From Octopus sinensis (taxonomy: Eukaryota), in contig NC_042997.1 of assembly GCF_006345805.1 (NCBI RefSeq), positions 31,000,001 to 31,064,000 of the forward strand: a stretch of 64,000 bases of DNA. The letters are read 5' to 3'. Below, one piece after another: positions 38,439-53,924 of this stretch. The position numbers and the translations under genes are program-made. Every line of letters starts with the position of its first letter. Within the stretch, counting starts at the first letter, position 1. The notes beneath the pieces are model-generated. The model made no database searches and was not told the DNA's origin. It saw nothing but the letters and a program-made list of their open reading frames with translations.

Positions 38439-38476
38439 GTTTAACAACGTTTCGAGCGGATCTCTTCGTCGGAAAC
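38439..38476 (-). ncRNA. Decayed minimal hammerhead motif
   Basis: GTTT-CCGACGA-A-GAGATCCGCTC-GAAAC-GTT-GTT-AAAC (U4>C, duplicated GTT). Confidence 0.55.
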
Positions 38477-38576
38477 ATAGGAGAAGGAAGATCCAGAGAG
38501 GAAGACAGAGGGAAAAAAAATCGCAACGTACACACACGCGGGTCACATTTTGAATGTATATATATATAAATAAATG

Positions 38577-38822
38577 TGCCCTTTTAAAGCCTAGCCAGGC
38601 TCATGGGCCCGGTTTCCCGGTTTCAATGGCGTATGTGTTCACCAGCTGGATGGGACGCCAGTCCATCGCAGCGTTACTCATTTTTGCCAGCTGAATGAAC
38701 TGGAGCAACGTGAAATGAAGTGTTTTGCTCAAGGACACAGCGCGTCACCCGGTCCAGGAATCGAAACCATAATCTTACGATCATGGTGCTGACACTCTAA
38801 CCACTAAGCCACGCGCCTCCAC
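38577..38822 (-). mobile_element. SINE with CORE-like head/body and the 3' tail of the tRNA(Arg)-like family
   Basis: 38577-38680 matches 45990-46095; 38680-38822 matches the 47654 family. Confidence 0.8.
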
Positions 38823-38923
38823 ACACACACACACACATACATGTTCTCTGTCCGGTATTCGCCATGATAGATCGTTAGCCCCTAAACCTTTTTCTATTTT
38901 CTCTCCTGTTTATTCCTGCGTTC

Positions 38924-38959
38924 CTTTCTGTTGAAGAGCGTAGACTCGAAACGTAAAAG
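38924..38959 (+). ncRNA. Minimal hammerhead motif, U6 variant
   Basis: CTTT-CTGTTGA-A-GAGC-GTAG-ACTC-GAAAC-GTA-AAAG. Confidence 0.62.
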
Positions 38960-39079
38960 ACTTTCTCACTTCTCAAGCGTTAAACTAATGCATCTGTTTG
39001 TCGTTTATATACCCGTCTTCGTCTTTTTTATTGTAAACTCTCACTATATGTATATATATATCTATATAATATATATAAT

Positions 39080-39124
<45 letters not shown>

Positions 39125-39199
39125 TATAATATACTATATATATATAATATATATATATATATAATATATATACATATATATAATATATATATATTATTT

Positions 39200-39416
39200 A
39201 CTAACTACCCATAAGGGTCTAACACAGAGGGGACAAACAAGGACAGACAAAGCGATTAAGTCGATTCCATCGACCCCAGTGCGTAACTGGTACTAATTTA
39301 TCGACCCCGAAAGGATGAAAGGCAAAGTCGACCTCGGCGGAATTTGAACTCAGAACGTAACGGCAGACGAAATACGGCTACGCATTTCGCCCGGCGTGCT
39401 ACCGTTTCTACCAGCT
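39200..39416 (-). mobile_element. SINE copy (6187 family)
   Basis: Reverse-complement match. Confidence 0.88.
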
Positions 39417-40598
39417 ACACGTATATGTGTAGGTGTGGTTGTGTTGTGTTTTTGCCCTCCCACCGACTGGCAACTGGTGTTGGTTGTTTACATCCTCCCT
39501 AACAGTTCGGCAAAAGAGACCGATGCGATCAGTACCAGACTTAAAGAAAAAATAAGGACTGGGTCCACTTGTTCGACCAAACCCTTCAAGGTGGTGCCCC
39601 AATATTGCCGCGGTCCAATGACTAAAAGAAATAGAAGAAAGATAAAAGTATCCTGACGGTTTGTTACCGTTGCGCAGGAGATAATGCACTGGACACATGT
39701 TTCAACGATCGTGAGTTTGAACACCATCAGAGATGGGTTTTAAAAAATTTATTCATAATTTTGTACGCAACATGGCTGAAAGGTTAAACATTTTCGCCTC
39801 GATATCACGAGATTTTGGGCATCTTGAGCAAGTACCTTTAACAACAGTTTCTGGTTGGCCCAAGCATTAAGAGTCGAACTTGCATAGATGGAAATTGTAA
39901 GAATGTCGGATGAATTTCAAATATAATTCAGACACCCATCCTTTCTCACACATTGCATCATGCTGATTCGGCATTGTGATTACATTAGGGATACGCATGT
40001 CTGTGGAATATTCAACCACTCATACATTAACTTAATGAATAGGTAATATAGTTAATTCAGCAACCGAATAATCATTGTCGAAACCGATGGAGATCCATTA
40101 CTATAGTAACACGCAACGTGCACAAAAACCAAATATAATTGCTCCTAATCGTGCATGCCTACATCCAATGACGCTCCAACTGTTACCATACTTTCTTTGT
40201 TTTTCTGTGGGCGGGGAGTTTTCTATTATTTTCTTCACTTTTTAAGTCGGTAAAGTATAATTTGAGTGTGATGTGGTTGCTGTGTCTAGCAGATTCACTG
40301 GCCATATCTCGAAAGCAAACTGTTTTTAAGGAATGTCAACAATAAGTGTGGCATTCAAGGCCTACTTAAAACGCAAGAACATCGAAGAAGAATTTTAAAA
40401 AGGTTCTACTTAGAAATTGAAACCCTGTTGTAGGCTTAGATTACTATAATTTACTTTTAGAGGTATTCACCTCTGTTGCGAAGTAAATAGAGTGTAAGCT
40501 GTTTGTTGTAACAGCGGATAATATTATCAGGTGTTTATTGTTATCAAGGTTCCAAACACACCCAGGATATTGTTTGATCGTTTGCTTAATGCATTCAG

Positions 40599-42320
40599 TT
40601 AGTTAGTTAGTTAGTTAGTTAATTTGGCTCAAAAGCAAATAGCAAGGCCATGTAGGGGGGCATGGAGTTAAGTACAGGGTGGTGTTCATGTAAAGAGTTC
40701 AGGCCACTTGAGGTCCAGGGAGGCTTTGAACAAAGCGGTCGTCGGCATCTTCACCATCTCGTCTGGCAGCTTGTTCCACGGATCCGCAACCCGGACGGAG
40801 AAAGCTCCTCTTCATGGATTGAGATGAAATCGTCGCAGGTAGAGCTTTTCGGAATGACCCCGCAGCCGACGCTCTGGAGCAGGAGTGAAGAACAGCTCTT
40901 TCGAGAGGTTACACTTTCCGCTTATAATGTTGTGGGCGAGAATGAGATCACCACGGCGGCGGCGTTTTTCAAGAGAATAAGGGTCGAGCGTCCTCAGCCT
41001 TTCTTCGTAGGACACATTTTTGAGACCATGAACCATGCGGGTAGCCAGCTTCTGGACTCTTTCGAGATGCTGTATGTCTTTGAGGAGATAAGGAGAAGAG
41101 GCTTGAATCCCATACTCCAATATGGGTCTCACCAGCGTGACATAGAGTGGTAGGAATATGGCTGCTGTGAGCATTCCCAATGACCGTCGAATCAAGAACA
41201 GAATTCCGCGTGCTTTGTTGGCAGCATGGACGCACTGGGCCGAAGGCGAAAAGGAGGAATTCACCAAGATACCCAGGTCCTTTACCTGATCGGTCCTTCA
41301 GCAGCAGAAACGACCCGGCTCGAAATCAAGTTGAGTTGCAGGAGTAGAGCCGACAGGCAGATGACAGCACTTTGACACGTTCAGACACAGGTCCCAATCG
41401 TTAGACCACTTCCAAATTTGGTGGAGGCATCGACGAAGATCCTCTATATTACCGCGAGGAGCGACCAGTTTGATATCGTCGGCAAATAGAAGGGTGTGTT
41501 GCGTGAGGTCGTCGGGCAAGTCATTTATGAAGACTAAGAACAACGAGGGCCCCAGCACTGAACCTTGAGGCACGCCACTGCTCGCACTGGAGACGTCGGA
41601 CCGCGAACCATTAACTTGGACTTGGAAGGAGCGATCTGAGAGGAAGGCACCAACCCATCGTATAATATCCGGATGGAAACTATATGCTTGAAGCTTGACA
41701 AGTAATAGGCGGTGGTTTACCGAGTCAAAAGCTTTGGCAAAGTCCAATAAAACGATTGTCAACAGCATCACTATCATCGAGGATGCGCGTCACCAATTCT
41801 TCCATTACTAGTAAGTTGGTCAAGCATGATCTCTTCGGCACGAAGCCGTGTTGGGAATCAGAGATAGAGACTGTGTTTAGGAGGTGGAGCATCATACTTT
41901 TCTTAAGGATGGTTTCGAACATCTTGCTGATTATTGATGTAAGGGAAACCGGTCGGTAGTTAAGCGGGTCTTCGCGGCTCCCTTTCTTGAAAATTGTACA
42001 GATTACCGCTGTTCTCCAGTCTGCAGGTATAACACCCGTCGCCAATGACATATTGAATAGTCGTGTTAAGGGCTCGCAGATGACCGGAGCCAACGCTTTG
42101 ATAACCCGTGGGTGTATGCCGTCAGGGCCGTGACCCTTGTTGACATCGAGGCCTTGAATAACACGTTTGACTTCGTCCCGCGTGATGACCAATCGAAGCA
42201 TTGGAGGTACCGATCTATCAAATGGAGGGGGTTCACGACCATCATCTTGTTTGAAAATAGTTGAAAAAGCCTCGGCAAATAATTGACTCTGTTGATAAGG
42301 GTCCTCAATCGAGGACCCTT
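40599..42320 (-). mobile_element. 5'-truncated CR1/L2-group LINE, frameshifted RT pseudogene
   Basis: GPDGIHPRV, NYRPVSLTS, QHGF..RSCLTNL, LDFAKAFDSVNH, SGVPQGSVLGP, LFADD and RRRRGDLI across three frames; (AACT)n tail. Confidence 0.95.
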
Positions 42321-43139
42321 AGTTAGTTATTGTTATCTAAAAAGCTTCGTTTCCGGAGTGATCACAATAAGCGGTTTCCAAGTATTTCCCTTTTTCCTTT
42401 ATGAAGTCAAATGAACACAACTTCACGAAAGCAACTGAAATTATTTCAGCATATTACTGGTATTTATTTTACCAGTTCCGGTTGGATGAACTGTAATTAC
42501 GGATCATTCATGACTTGAACACTGAACTAGCCAATTCGGACTTAACCAGCTCAGTCATTTTCAACGAACGTTTTTATACGAATTCGGAGTCAGATTCACT
42601 TTAACTGAATACAGAAGCTTTGCTGTTATGGATAAAAACGATATTGAATTTTTCTAATATTCAACGTCTTTCCGAGGACATTTGAGTCACAAATATTGAG
42701 CTTGTGTCAACTTGACTATCGAATCTGGTTCACAGTCTCTGACGAAGCCACCTTGAGCATAATCCTATGAACCCGGAAGAATTTAAAACAGAGAGTTGCT
42801 TACTTGCAAATAAATGTGTTAACAGGTGACATCAATGACCGAGGTTACCGTGGTCTTTTCCGTAGGCTTTTCTTTCCATGGATAAACCTTATCTACTTCC
42901 CCCTTTACAATTTACATCATGACATTTCTGTGATACACGATCCCTATTGATCGTTTTTTACTTTTCTTTTTTTCCTTTCTTTTTCTTTTTTTCCTTTCTT
43001 TTTCTTTTTTTTCCTTTCTACGATTCCTTTTGATCGAAAACCTACCCCACTTTTTTTTTCTCCCCAAAAAGAAAAGCTTCACTTTGTAATTTGTCCCATC
43101 TGTGTCCAGCCCTGTGTGGCTAATAAAGAAACATATATA

Positions 43140-43515
43140 TCTTCGAAGTCTGATCAATAAGTATTCAAACTGTTGCCATAGTAACGAAGCTAAAGCATGC
43201 AGAGTGAAGCCGCTTGACACACATTCACTTTGAACTCTGCTGTGCCTGCACACTAAGTTTTAATGTTCTAGCTCAATTCCGCAGTTTACAGCAGTGCTTG
43301 GAAGGAAGGTGCGTAGCATGTGATCTTCGCATTGATCATGACAAAGTTGCCATGGTGATACCTACTCAGAGGCCTATGCAAAGTTGCAGAAAGTGTATGG
43401 AGAGGCGTGTATGAGCTGCACACAACTGTACGAGGGGTTCAGACGATTTCAAGGTGGCCAAAAATATATCAATATTGGCGAACGTTCTGAAAGACCCGCA
43501 ACCAGCAGAACACTT
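43140..43515 (+). mobile_element. Mariner 5' fragment (TIR-like start + HTH region)
   Basis: CGAAGTCTGATCAATAAGT start; KLQKVYGEACMSCTQLYEGFRRFQGG...ERSERPATSR. Confidence 0.8.
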
Positions 43516-43584
43516 TGGATAATTCTGTCCCAGATATGGCTGTATTTATACACGCACACACACGCACGCACGCCCCCCCACACA

Positions 43585-43626
<42 letters not shown>

Positions 43627-44356
43627 CACGCACGCACACACATACGCACACGCACACACATACACATATGTACCAAAAGACGGAATATTTATGACGAGAC
43701 CGCCTTTGATCATAGGTTTCCACAATTATAAAGCTGACCTGGAGCTATGTAAGAAGAGAAGAAACAACAAAAACAACAAAAGCGACAAAAGCGACCTATG
43801 AACTTGGCAAGCTGTGAATTTACACGCAATTATATATTCATAGATATTTAAAAATAAAACCACCCTTATATTCATGTATCCATTTATATATCTGTTTATA
43901 CCAACCAACGTACCTAAATAAAATTCATACACACATACATACACACATATATATAGTTATATATATATATATATATTCACACGCTTATATACACACAAAA
44001 AAAAATTATATATATATACAGATGTACATATGATATTTAAGATGGCGAGCATAAGGGTGTTTATATTTGAGGCCGCAATAACAGTGTATATGATGATAAA
44101 CAACACTTTGATGTCATTGACCTTTGACACAAGATGGCTTTCTGACCTTAGGCAACTTCATCCACTCTCTTTCATTCCTTCTTTTCTATTTAATATTTTT
44201 CATTTCTCTCTTGTTTTTTTTCTTGGCTACTGATTTTTCTTTTTTTTTTTTACTTTTATGTATTTAAAAAAAAAATATTTATTTTATTATTAACAAATGT
44301 TCCTTAATTAATCGTTCCGCGATTATCGGACATCGTACTAATTACACTTGTCTCCA

Positions 44357-44417
<61 letters not shown>

Positions 44418-44595
44418 GATTTCCATTATTTCAAGACAGAGATGTCCTCCTTCTCCTGCTCCTCCTCCTTCTCAATCGTCCTCTTCCTCGTCCTCTCCCT
44501 CCTCCTCATCACCACAAACACCAATGCCACCACCAGCATCACCACCACTACCATCACCGTAATAACCAATCTGTCGGTGACTACCTACTACTACA

Positions 44596-44657
<62 letters not shown>

Positions 44658-45149
44658 CATCGCCACTACCACCCCAACTATATCACAACCTTCTCCGTCA
44701 TCGCTATAACTACGTCTACTTATGATCGTCATTAAGAGGCCAGCACCGCGTCCATCACCAAAGTACATAACCATCGCCTCCAGCAACACCATCATCATTG
44801 AAGTCAAACACCCTGCTCTCATCGATCAGAACATAACCACTACCACTGCCAATAGCAGTACCACCACCGCCGCCGTCACCATCATCATCATTGTCATCAT
44901 TGTCATCATCATCCTTCATCATCAAACACCCTACGCGATAATCTCCCTCATCTCACAGATGCTGTCATTTGACGTATCGTCTTATTCATGCCGCTCCAGC
45001 TGGCCGTAGACAGGAGAGTTAAGCGATTAGTAATTTCTGGAAAATTTTGTATAATTATGATGGCGCTTGAATATGTGGTGTTACTGCAAGTGTGCGCGCG
45101 CGAGCAGTGTATATGTATGTCTATAGACAGCTCTCTGTCTGTCTGTCTC

Positions 45150-45236
<87 letters not shown>

Positions 45237-45329
45237 GTATGTACGTACGTATGTATGTATGTATGTATGTATGTATGTATGTATGTATGTATGTATTTAT
45301 ATATATATATATATATTATATATATATAT

Positions 45330-45392
<63 letters not shown>

Positions 45393-45989
45393 AGTTCCGG
45401 TCTGGATTTGAATTGTTAAGGCGGTATGTATCACTGAGAAGGTGAAGATCACGCCGAAACACCATATTTGGTTGTCTGTTGATAACACTTGGAGATAGGC
45501 TCGATGTGTTTTTGCACAAGATCTACAGAGAGGATGATTAAAATGTATGTATAACTTTCGCACGCAAAATGTGTACATGCGCATATATTTAACACCCACG
45601 ATATATATATACATTCTTGTGAAGGTTGTAATTTTTCTGTCCGTGTAATTTATATATAGATATATATATTTTCGAAGATATATTTGTAACGTGCTCGCCT
45701 CACATTTCATATACATGTACTTTTTATTTATTTACAAATGTATCCATCGATGGGTCATCAGCCATCGATGCTACTTTTATTATTCTTGTGACCCCGGGAG
45801 ATTCAAAGCAAAGTAGATCTCGATGGTGCTCGAACTCAGAGCGTAAAGTCCCGTAATTAATTGCCACAAAGTATTTTGCCCGGTGCTCTAATGAGTCAGC
45901 CAATCCTCGAGGTGAATATAGATGCTTAAAAAATTGTTTAAGTGTCAATATGAATGTATTCTTACGTTATTAAAAAAAATTCTTTTTAT

Positions 45990-46540
45990 GCGCCCTTTTC
46001 AAGCCTAGCCAGGCTTATGGGCCTGGTTTCCCGGTTTCTGTGGTGTATGTGTTCCCTCCAGCTGGACGGGACGCCAGTCCATCACAGCGTTACTCAAGAA
46101 ACAGGAAGAATGAGTGAGAGAAAGTTGGGGCGAAAGAGTACAACAGGGGTCGCTACCACTCCCTGCCGGAGCCTCGTGGAACTTTAGGTGTTTTCGCTCA
46201 ATAAACACACAACGACCGGTCAGGGAATCGAAACTGCGATCCTGCGACCGCGAGTCCGCTGCTCTAACCACTGGGCCATTGAGCCTCCACATTCTTAAGT
46301 TATAGCACTTATTAAATATTGATTTCAGATTTTGACAGAAGGCCAGAAATGTTTGGGGAGGGGATAAATCGATTACATCGACCTCGGTGTTCAATTGGTT
46401 CTTATTTTATCGATCCGGAAAAGATGAAAGGCATAGTCAGTCTCGGCGGAATTTGAACTCAGAGCGTAAAGACGGACGGAATGCAGCAAAGCATTTTGCT
46501 GCACGGCGTGCTAATGATTCTGCCAACTCGCCGCCTTAGC
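45990..46540 (-). mobile_element. tRNA(Arg)-like SINE (45990-46290) and 6187-family SINE (46320-46540)
   Basis: Reverse-complement matches to both families. Confidence 0.87.
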
Positions 46541-47653
46541 AGTTATTAAATATTAAATATCATTGACAAGAAACAAGCAAAAATTACTAAATAAAGTCGC
46601 AATTCTGTCTTAAAATCTTAGAAACCAATTTATAGATATTTTATGAGTGGAAGTTTGCTCACTAAAATGTCACATTCTTTTTGAGTTTCGGCGACACTTA
46701 AATATTGGACAGGACAAATTAAAAACTTTAAAACGTGAAATGGAATGAGTAGTTTCCTGCGCTAAATTAGCTAATTGTGACGAATTGATAAAAATGGGTG
46801 TCGCTTGGAATTAGCTTTAAAAAAAGCCAAAACTACAACAGCAACAAAAAATAATTGAATGGAATAAACAAGCACAACCTATCAACAATCTATAGATTAC
46901 ATTAAAGGATTATCACATGACAGCTATTACACGCAGTTTCGTAGTTGCTAGTATTTTTCTTTCTTTGAATGTAAAAAAACCCAATTTAATGACAGCTTCG
47001 GCAAGTTTATTGACATGTGTGTATTTCGCATTTGTAATTTGCTTTCAATTTAAAACTATTAGCCAATTTCCTTGTTCTTGTTATCGCTGTTATTGTGATT
47101 GCTGTTGTTGTAAATTGTTGTTGTTGTAAACTATTTTATAGAATCTCAGAACAAAATGAAATTTTGAGACTTGACAGCCTTTTTGATATTGTAGTCTTTC
47201 GTGCGTCGTGTAACGTAGTAGTACAACACGGTAGAGAAATGTAATATAATAATGAGGTGTTATGATGTGCTGTGTGGTATTATAACAGCAAAAGGGGTTT
47301 GTAATGGCTTCGGTGTTGTCGTGTATGAAAAGCAGTGTATTGACAGAATCTGTTGAGTGTTGAACTATAAATACTTGACAGCATTTACACTGGACCCCAC
47401 ACCGCACACTTCAACGCGTCCCCAAATTCATTATCAGCTTATCTGCAGCTTAAACTTTGCTCTGCCTTTTTACGTTGCTCGCCACATGTACCAGTTGTAT
47501 AATGAACGACGTCGACCTGAGCTATTGTGCTACTTCTCTTAAAAACAAAATGGCCTTGTGTTTTATCAATTGCTATGGCTTAAAAGTATTATTTTGAGGA
47601 AACGGTAAAATGCCTCGACTAAATAAATGAATTATTATAATATTTAGTGTTAG

Positions 47654-47960
47654 AAGGCGCATAGCTCATCGGTTAGAGCGTCGGACTCACAATCATGAGG
47701 TAGTGAGTTCGATTCCTGGACCGGGTGTGTGTTGTGTTCTAGAGTAAAACACTTTATTTCACGTTGCTCCAGTTCCCTCAGCTGTAGAAATGAGTTGTGA
47801 CATGATTGGTGCCAATCTGTACTGGCCTTTGTCTTTCCCTTAGATAACATCGTTGGCATCGAGAGAGGAGGCTGGCATGGATGGGTGACTGTTGGTCTTT
47901 CCATAAACAACCTTGCCCGGACTCGTGTCTCCGAGGGTAGCTTTCTATGTGCAATCCCAT
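47654..47960 (+). mobile_element. tRNA-derived CORE-like SINE
   Basis: A-box TAGCTCATCGG, B-box GAGTTCGATTCC, conserved body. Confidence 0.82.
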
Positions 47961-47961
47961 G

Positions 47962-48680
47962 ATTATCGACCCCGAAAGGATGAAAGGCAAAATCGACCTC
48001 GGAGGATTTTGAACTCAAAACGTAAAGACAGACGAAATACTTATTTCTTTACTACCCACAAGGGGCTAAACACAGAGAGGACAAACAAGGACAGACAAAC
48101 GGATTAAGTCGATTTCATCGACCCCAGTGCGAAACTGGTACTTTATATAGCGACCCCGAAAGGATGAAAGGCAAAGTCGACCTCGGCGGAATTTGAACTC
48201 AGCACGTAGCGGCAGAAGAAATACTGCTAAGCATTTTGCCCGGCGCGCTAACGTTTCTGCCAGCTCGCTGCCTTTAATAATATTTTCTACTCTAAGCACA
48301 AGGCCCGAAATTTTGAGGAAGGGGGCCCATCGATTAGATCTACCCCAGTATGCAACTGGTACTTAATTTATCGACCCCGAAAGGATAAAAGGCAAAGTCG
48401 ACCTTGGAGGAATTTGAACTCAGTACGTAACGGCAGACGAAATACCTATTTCTTTACTACCCACAAGTGGCTAAACACAGAGAGGACAAACAAGGACAGA
48501 CAAACGGATTAAGTCGATTATATCGACCCCAGTGCGTACCTGGTACTTATTTAATCGACCCCGGAAGGATGAAAGGCAAAGTTGACCTCGGCGGAATTTG
48601 AACTCAGAACATAACGGCAGACGAAATACGGTTACGCATTTCGCCCGGCGTGCCAACGTTTCTGCCAGCTCGCCGCCTTA
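47962..48680 (-). mobile_element. Tandem multimer of the 6187-family SINE (4 bodies)
   Basis: ATCGACCCCGAAAGGATGAAAGGCAAAGTCGACCTCGG-like motif at ~47965, 48150, 48370 and 48555. Confidence 0.92.
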
Positions 48681-49633
48681 TAGGGAAAGTACTCTGGTTT
48701 GACAAAAACTATAGGCTGGCAAGTATATTGCTCGGCAGCGTTTTGTTCTGGTTCGCGATCTAATTCAAAGAGTTTTGTCCGCGATCTGATTAAAAATGTG
48801 CGCAGGTCATCTTTGACTTTCGTTCCTTCTGTATTCATAAAATAAAGTACCAACATTAGGGTCAGTTTAATTTACTACACCTTTCCAAAAGATTTATGGT
48901 TTTGTGCTTTACGTTGGAAAGCAATAATAACAGTAAGTAACGGTAATATTAAAAGTAGCTGTAGTAGTGGTGATAGTGGTGATGGTAGTGATAGAAATGG
49001 TGGTAGTAGTAGTTGTTGTTGTTGAAGTAGTAGGAATAGAATTCTTGTATTGCATGTAGCATTGTGAATGATGGCCAGTCTACAGCTGCGATGACAACAC
49101 TGCTGACGATGAACGCTGCAGCTGCTGTTGTTAAGCAACAAGACGAGTAAGGGGGATTAGGTAATGATCTAGGGCTTAGGGGCAGGAGACCCCAGACCTT
49201 GGAAAAAAAACCTTGGTCGTCTTTTTGTAGTCGAGGGCTCTTCGTTGACGCTCGACACCACTGAGAGGTGGCCTCGAAGTCGCTGGAAATGGAGATCTCC
49301 AGGGTCCAAATCCTTGAACGGCTGCTGTTGCTGCTGCTTCTGCTGCTGCTGCTGTTGTTGTTGTTGTTGACGATGATGCTGATGATGATAATGATGATGA
49401 AAGTTATTATAATGACAACGATAATGACAATGAAGTTGTTGTTGTTGTTGTTGTTGCTGTTGTTGATGACGATGATGATTATGATGACGATGATGATAAT
49501 GATGATGGTGAAGGAAAGGTGACAATAATGATAGCAGAAGACACCTACCCAATGTGCCACGCAGTGGGACTGAACCCTGAACTAAGAGGTTGGGAAGCAA
49601 AAAGCAAACTTCTTACCATACAGCCACGCCTGC

Positions 49634-49681
<48 letters not shown>

Positions 49682-49873
49682 GACCTTGATGATGATGACG
49701 CTGATAATGACGATGACACTGTAAAAGATGATGACAGTGGTGATGATAATGATGATGGTGATGATGAAGTGAAACCGGTTGGTGGCACAACCTCACGGAG
49801 TATGACGCGGGATAGATGAGATGATAATCCTCTCTCTTTTCTACTAATGGCACAAGGCCCGAAGATAGATGTG

Positions 49874-49936
<63 letters not shown>

Positions 49937-50432
49937 TTGCACCAACTCTTCCCACCCCTCCTTTACATTTTTTTTTTGTTTTCATTGCAACTGTTCCACT
50001 TAATACCTTCAATAAATTTCTATTTGGAAATTATTATTTTCTTCCCTCTTAAATTGAAAATATGTTTATCTTGGCCCAATGAAAAAAAAAAAAAAAAAAA
50101 TAATAATAATTTAAGGAAATAAAGTTTTAAATTATTTTAAAAAATGAACGACATATTTTATATTTTGTAGAGAGAAAAATACCCAACAAATTAAACAAAA
50201 ATACTAAAAAAAAAAAACGAATAGAAAAACGAATAAAAGTCATCTTCACCTTCCATTTAAAAGCAAGGCGTATTATATATCTAAACATTTATCATAACTG
50301 TCGAAAGTGTCATATATGGAACGCGTACGAAACTGCAATAACGAACGGATACGCAGGCGCATATACACATATATGCAAATGCACGAGGTGTATTTATTCA
50401 TTCACATGACTACGCGTATATACAGCATGACA

Positions 50433-50811
<379 letters not shown>

Positions 50812-50820
50812 ATATATATA

Positions 50821-50872
<52 letters not shown>

Positions 50873-51077
50873 ACAATAAATAATATTAAGGAACTTTACT
50901 GGAATTAGTCAGAAACCATGGTCTAGGAACTAAATTAGATGGTAAACGTTTTTAATTTTCATTCCTTTCGAGAATTTATCCCTAATTAGTGGTTTGAGTT
51001 TTCTACTACTCTTTCTAGCACAAGGCTGTCCTATTTGGAAGCCTCTTAATGTGTTTTATGTGCACGATATTTTTATG

Positions 51078-51119
<42 letters not shown>

Positions 51120-51204
51120 TAAGGGTAGAAATCAATATTTATCAATTAAAACCAGTGGTCTAGCATATTAAAAAAGAATCCGAAGATTAAATATTTATAT
51201 ATAT

Positions 51205-51328
51205 CAATTAAGGACTGAACACGAAAAGTGGACAGTCAACATGCTAGATATAGATTTTGTGGAGAATGGCGATTTGACGTCTATATCTAGCATGTTGACT
51301 GTCCACTTTTCGTGTTCAGTCCTTAATT

Positions 51329-51329
<1 letters not shown>
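51205..51329. repeat. Perfect 50-bp inverted repeat with 25-nt spacer
   Basis: 51205-51254 is the exact reverse complement of 51280-51329. Confidence 0.93.
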
Positions 51330-51368
<39 letters not shown>

Positions 51369-51675
51369 GAATAGAAGTTGTAGGCTGCCAGAAGTCGGTC
51401 AGTTTTCCACTGTTATTTTCTGAATCAACATTTTTTATATGTTTATCTGCTTTTTCCGTGCCTGAATAAAATTTACAGTATGCTCTTTCGATATTTGTTT
51501 TACTCGGTTCTAACCATGACTAAAATCGAGAATCCAATAAAAGTTTGTTCAATAATTTATGATTATATTGTTTAATCCTTTTCTTTAGCGGAGTAAAACC
51601 TAAGTCAATTTCATCACTGCTTTTATCTTTCGTATTCTTGTTCATCATGAGGATTAGAAATGACTCATAATTGAT

Positions 51676-53372
<1,697 letters not shown>

Positions 53373-53924
53373 CATAGAAAATTAAAAAAGAAATCCAGGG
53401 GTTTTTCCACTTGGGGTTCCTAAGTTGAACACAAGAGTGCAATTACTTGTACATATGGAATATATATTTACATAGGAATACTTACAAGCAGTTTCAAAGC
53501 GCACTCACTTGTGTATTAAAGAGACGTGCATACCTACTACACGAGTGCAAGTTCATTCATACGTACTCATGAATCTACATACACCAACGAATTTAGATAA
53601 CTACAAAGCCCAAGAGTTGTGGTTATTTAAAAGCTTTGCCACTTTGTAAATGGACGGTTTGAATTTTGCTTCAAAAAAAAAAAAAAAATTTCAAAGATAA
53701 ACATACCCAACATGTAAGTGTGTATATATATGCACACACACAAACGTATATCTACTCACATATATACACCTATATAGTAGACATACAAGCATGTCGAATT
53801 TACTTATTTATTCACAGAATGAAATATATAGCTTAAATCGAATTTCGCCGTTTACTGAGTCTCATTAGAAGTGTTTACACCACGTGAGCAATCCCAGACA
53901 AACAAACAACCAATCCGTTTATAT

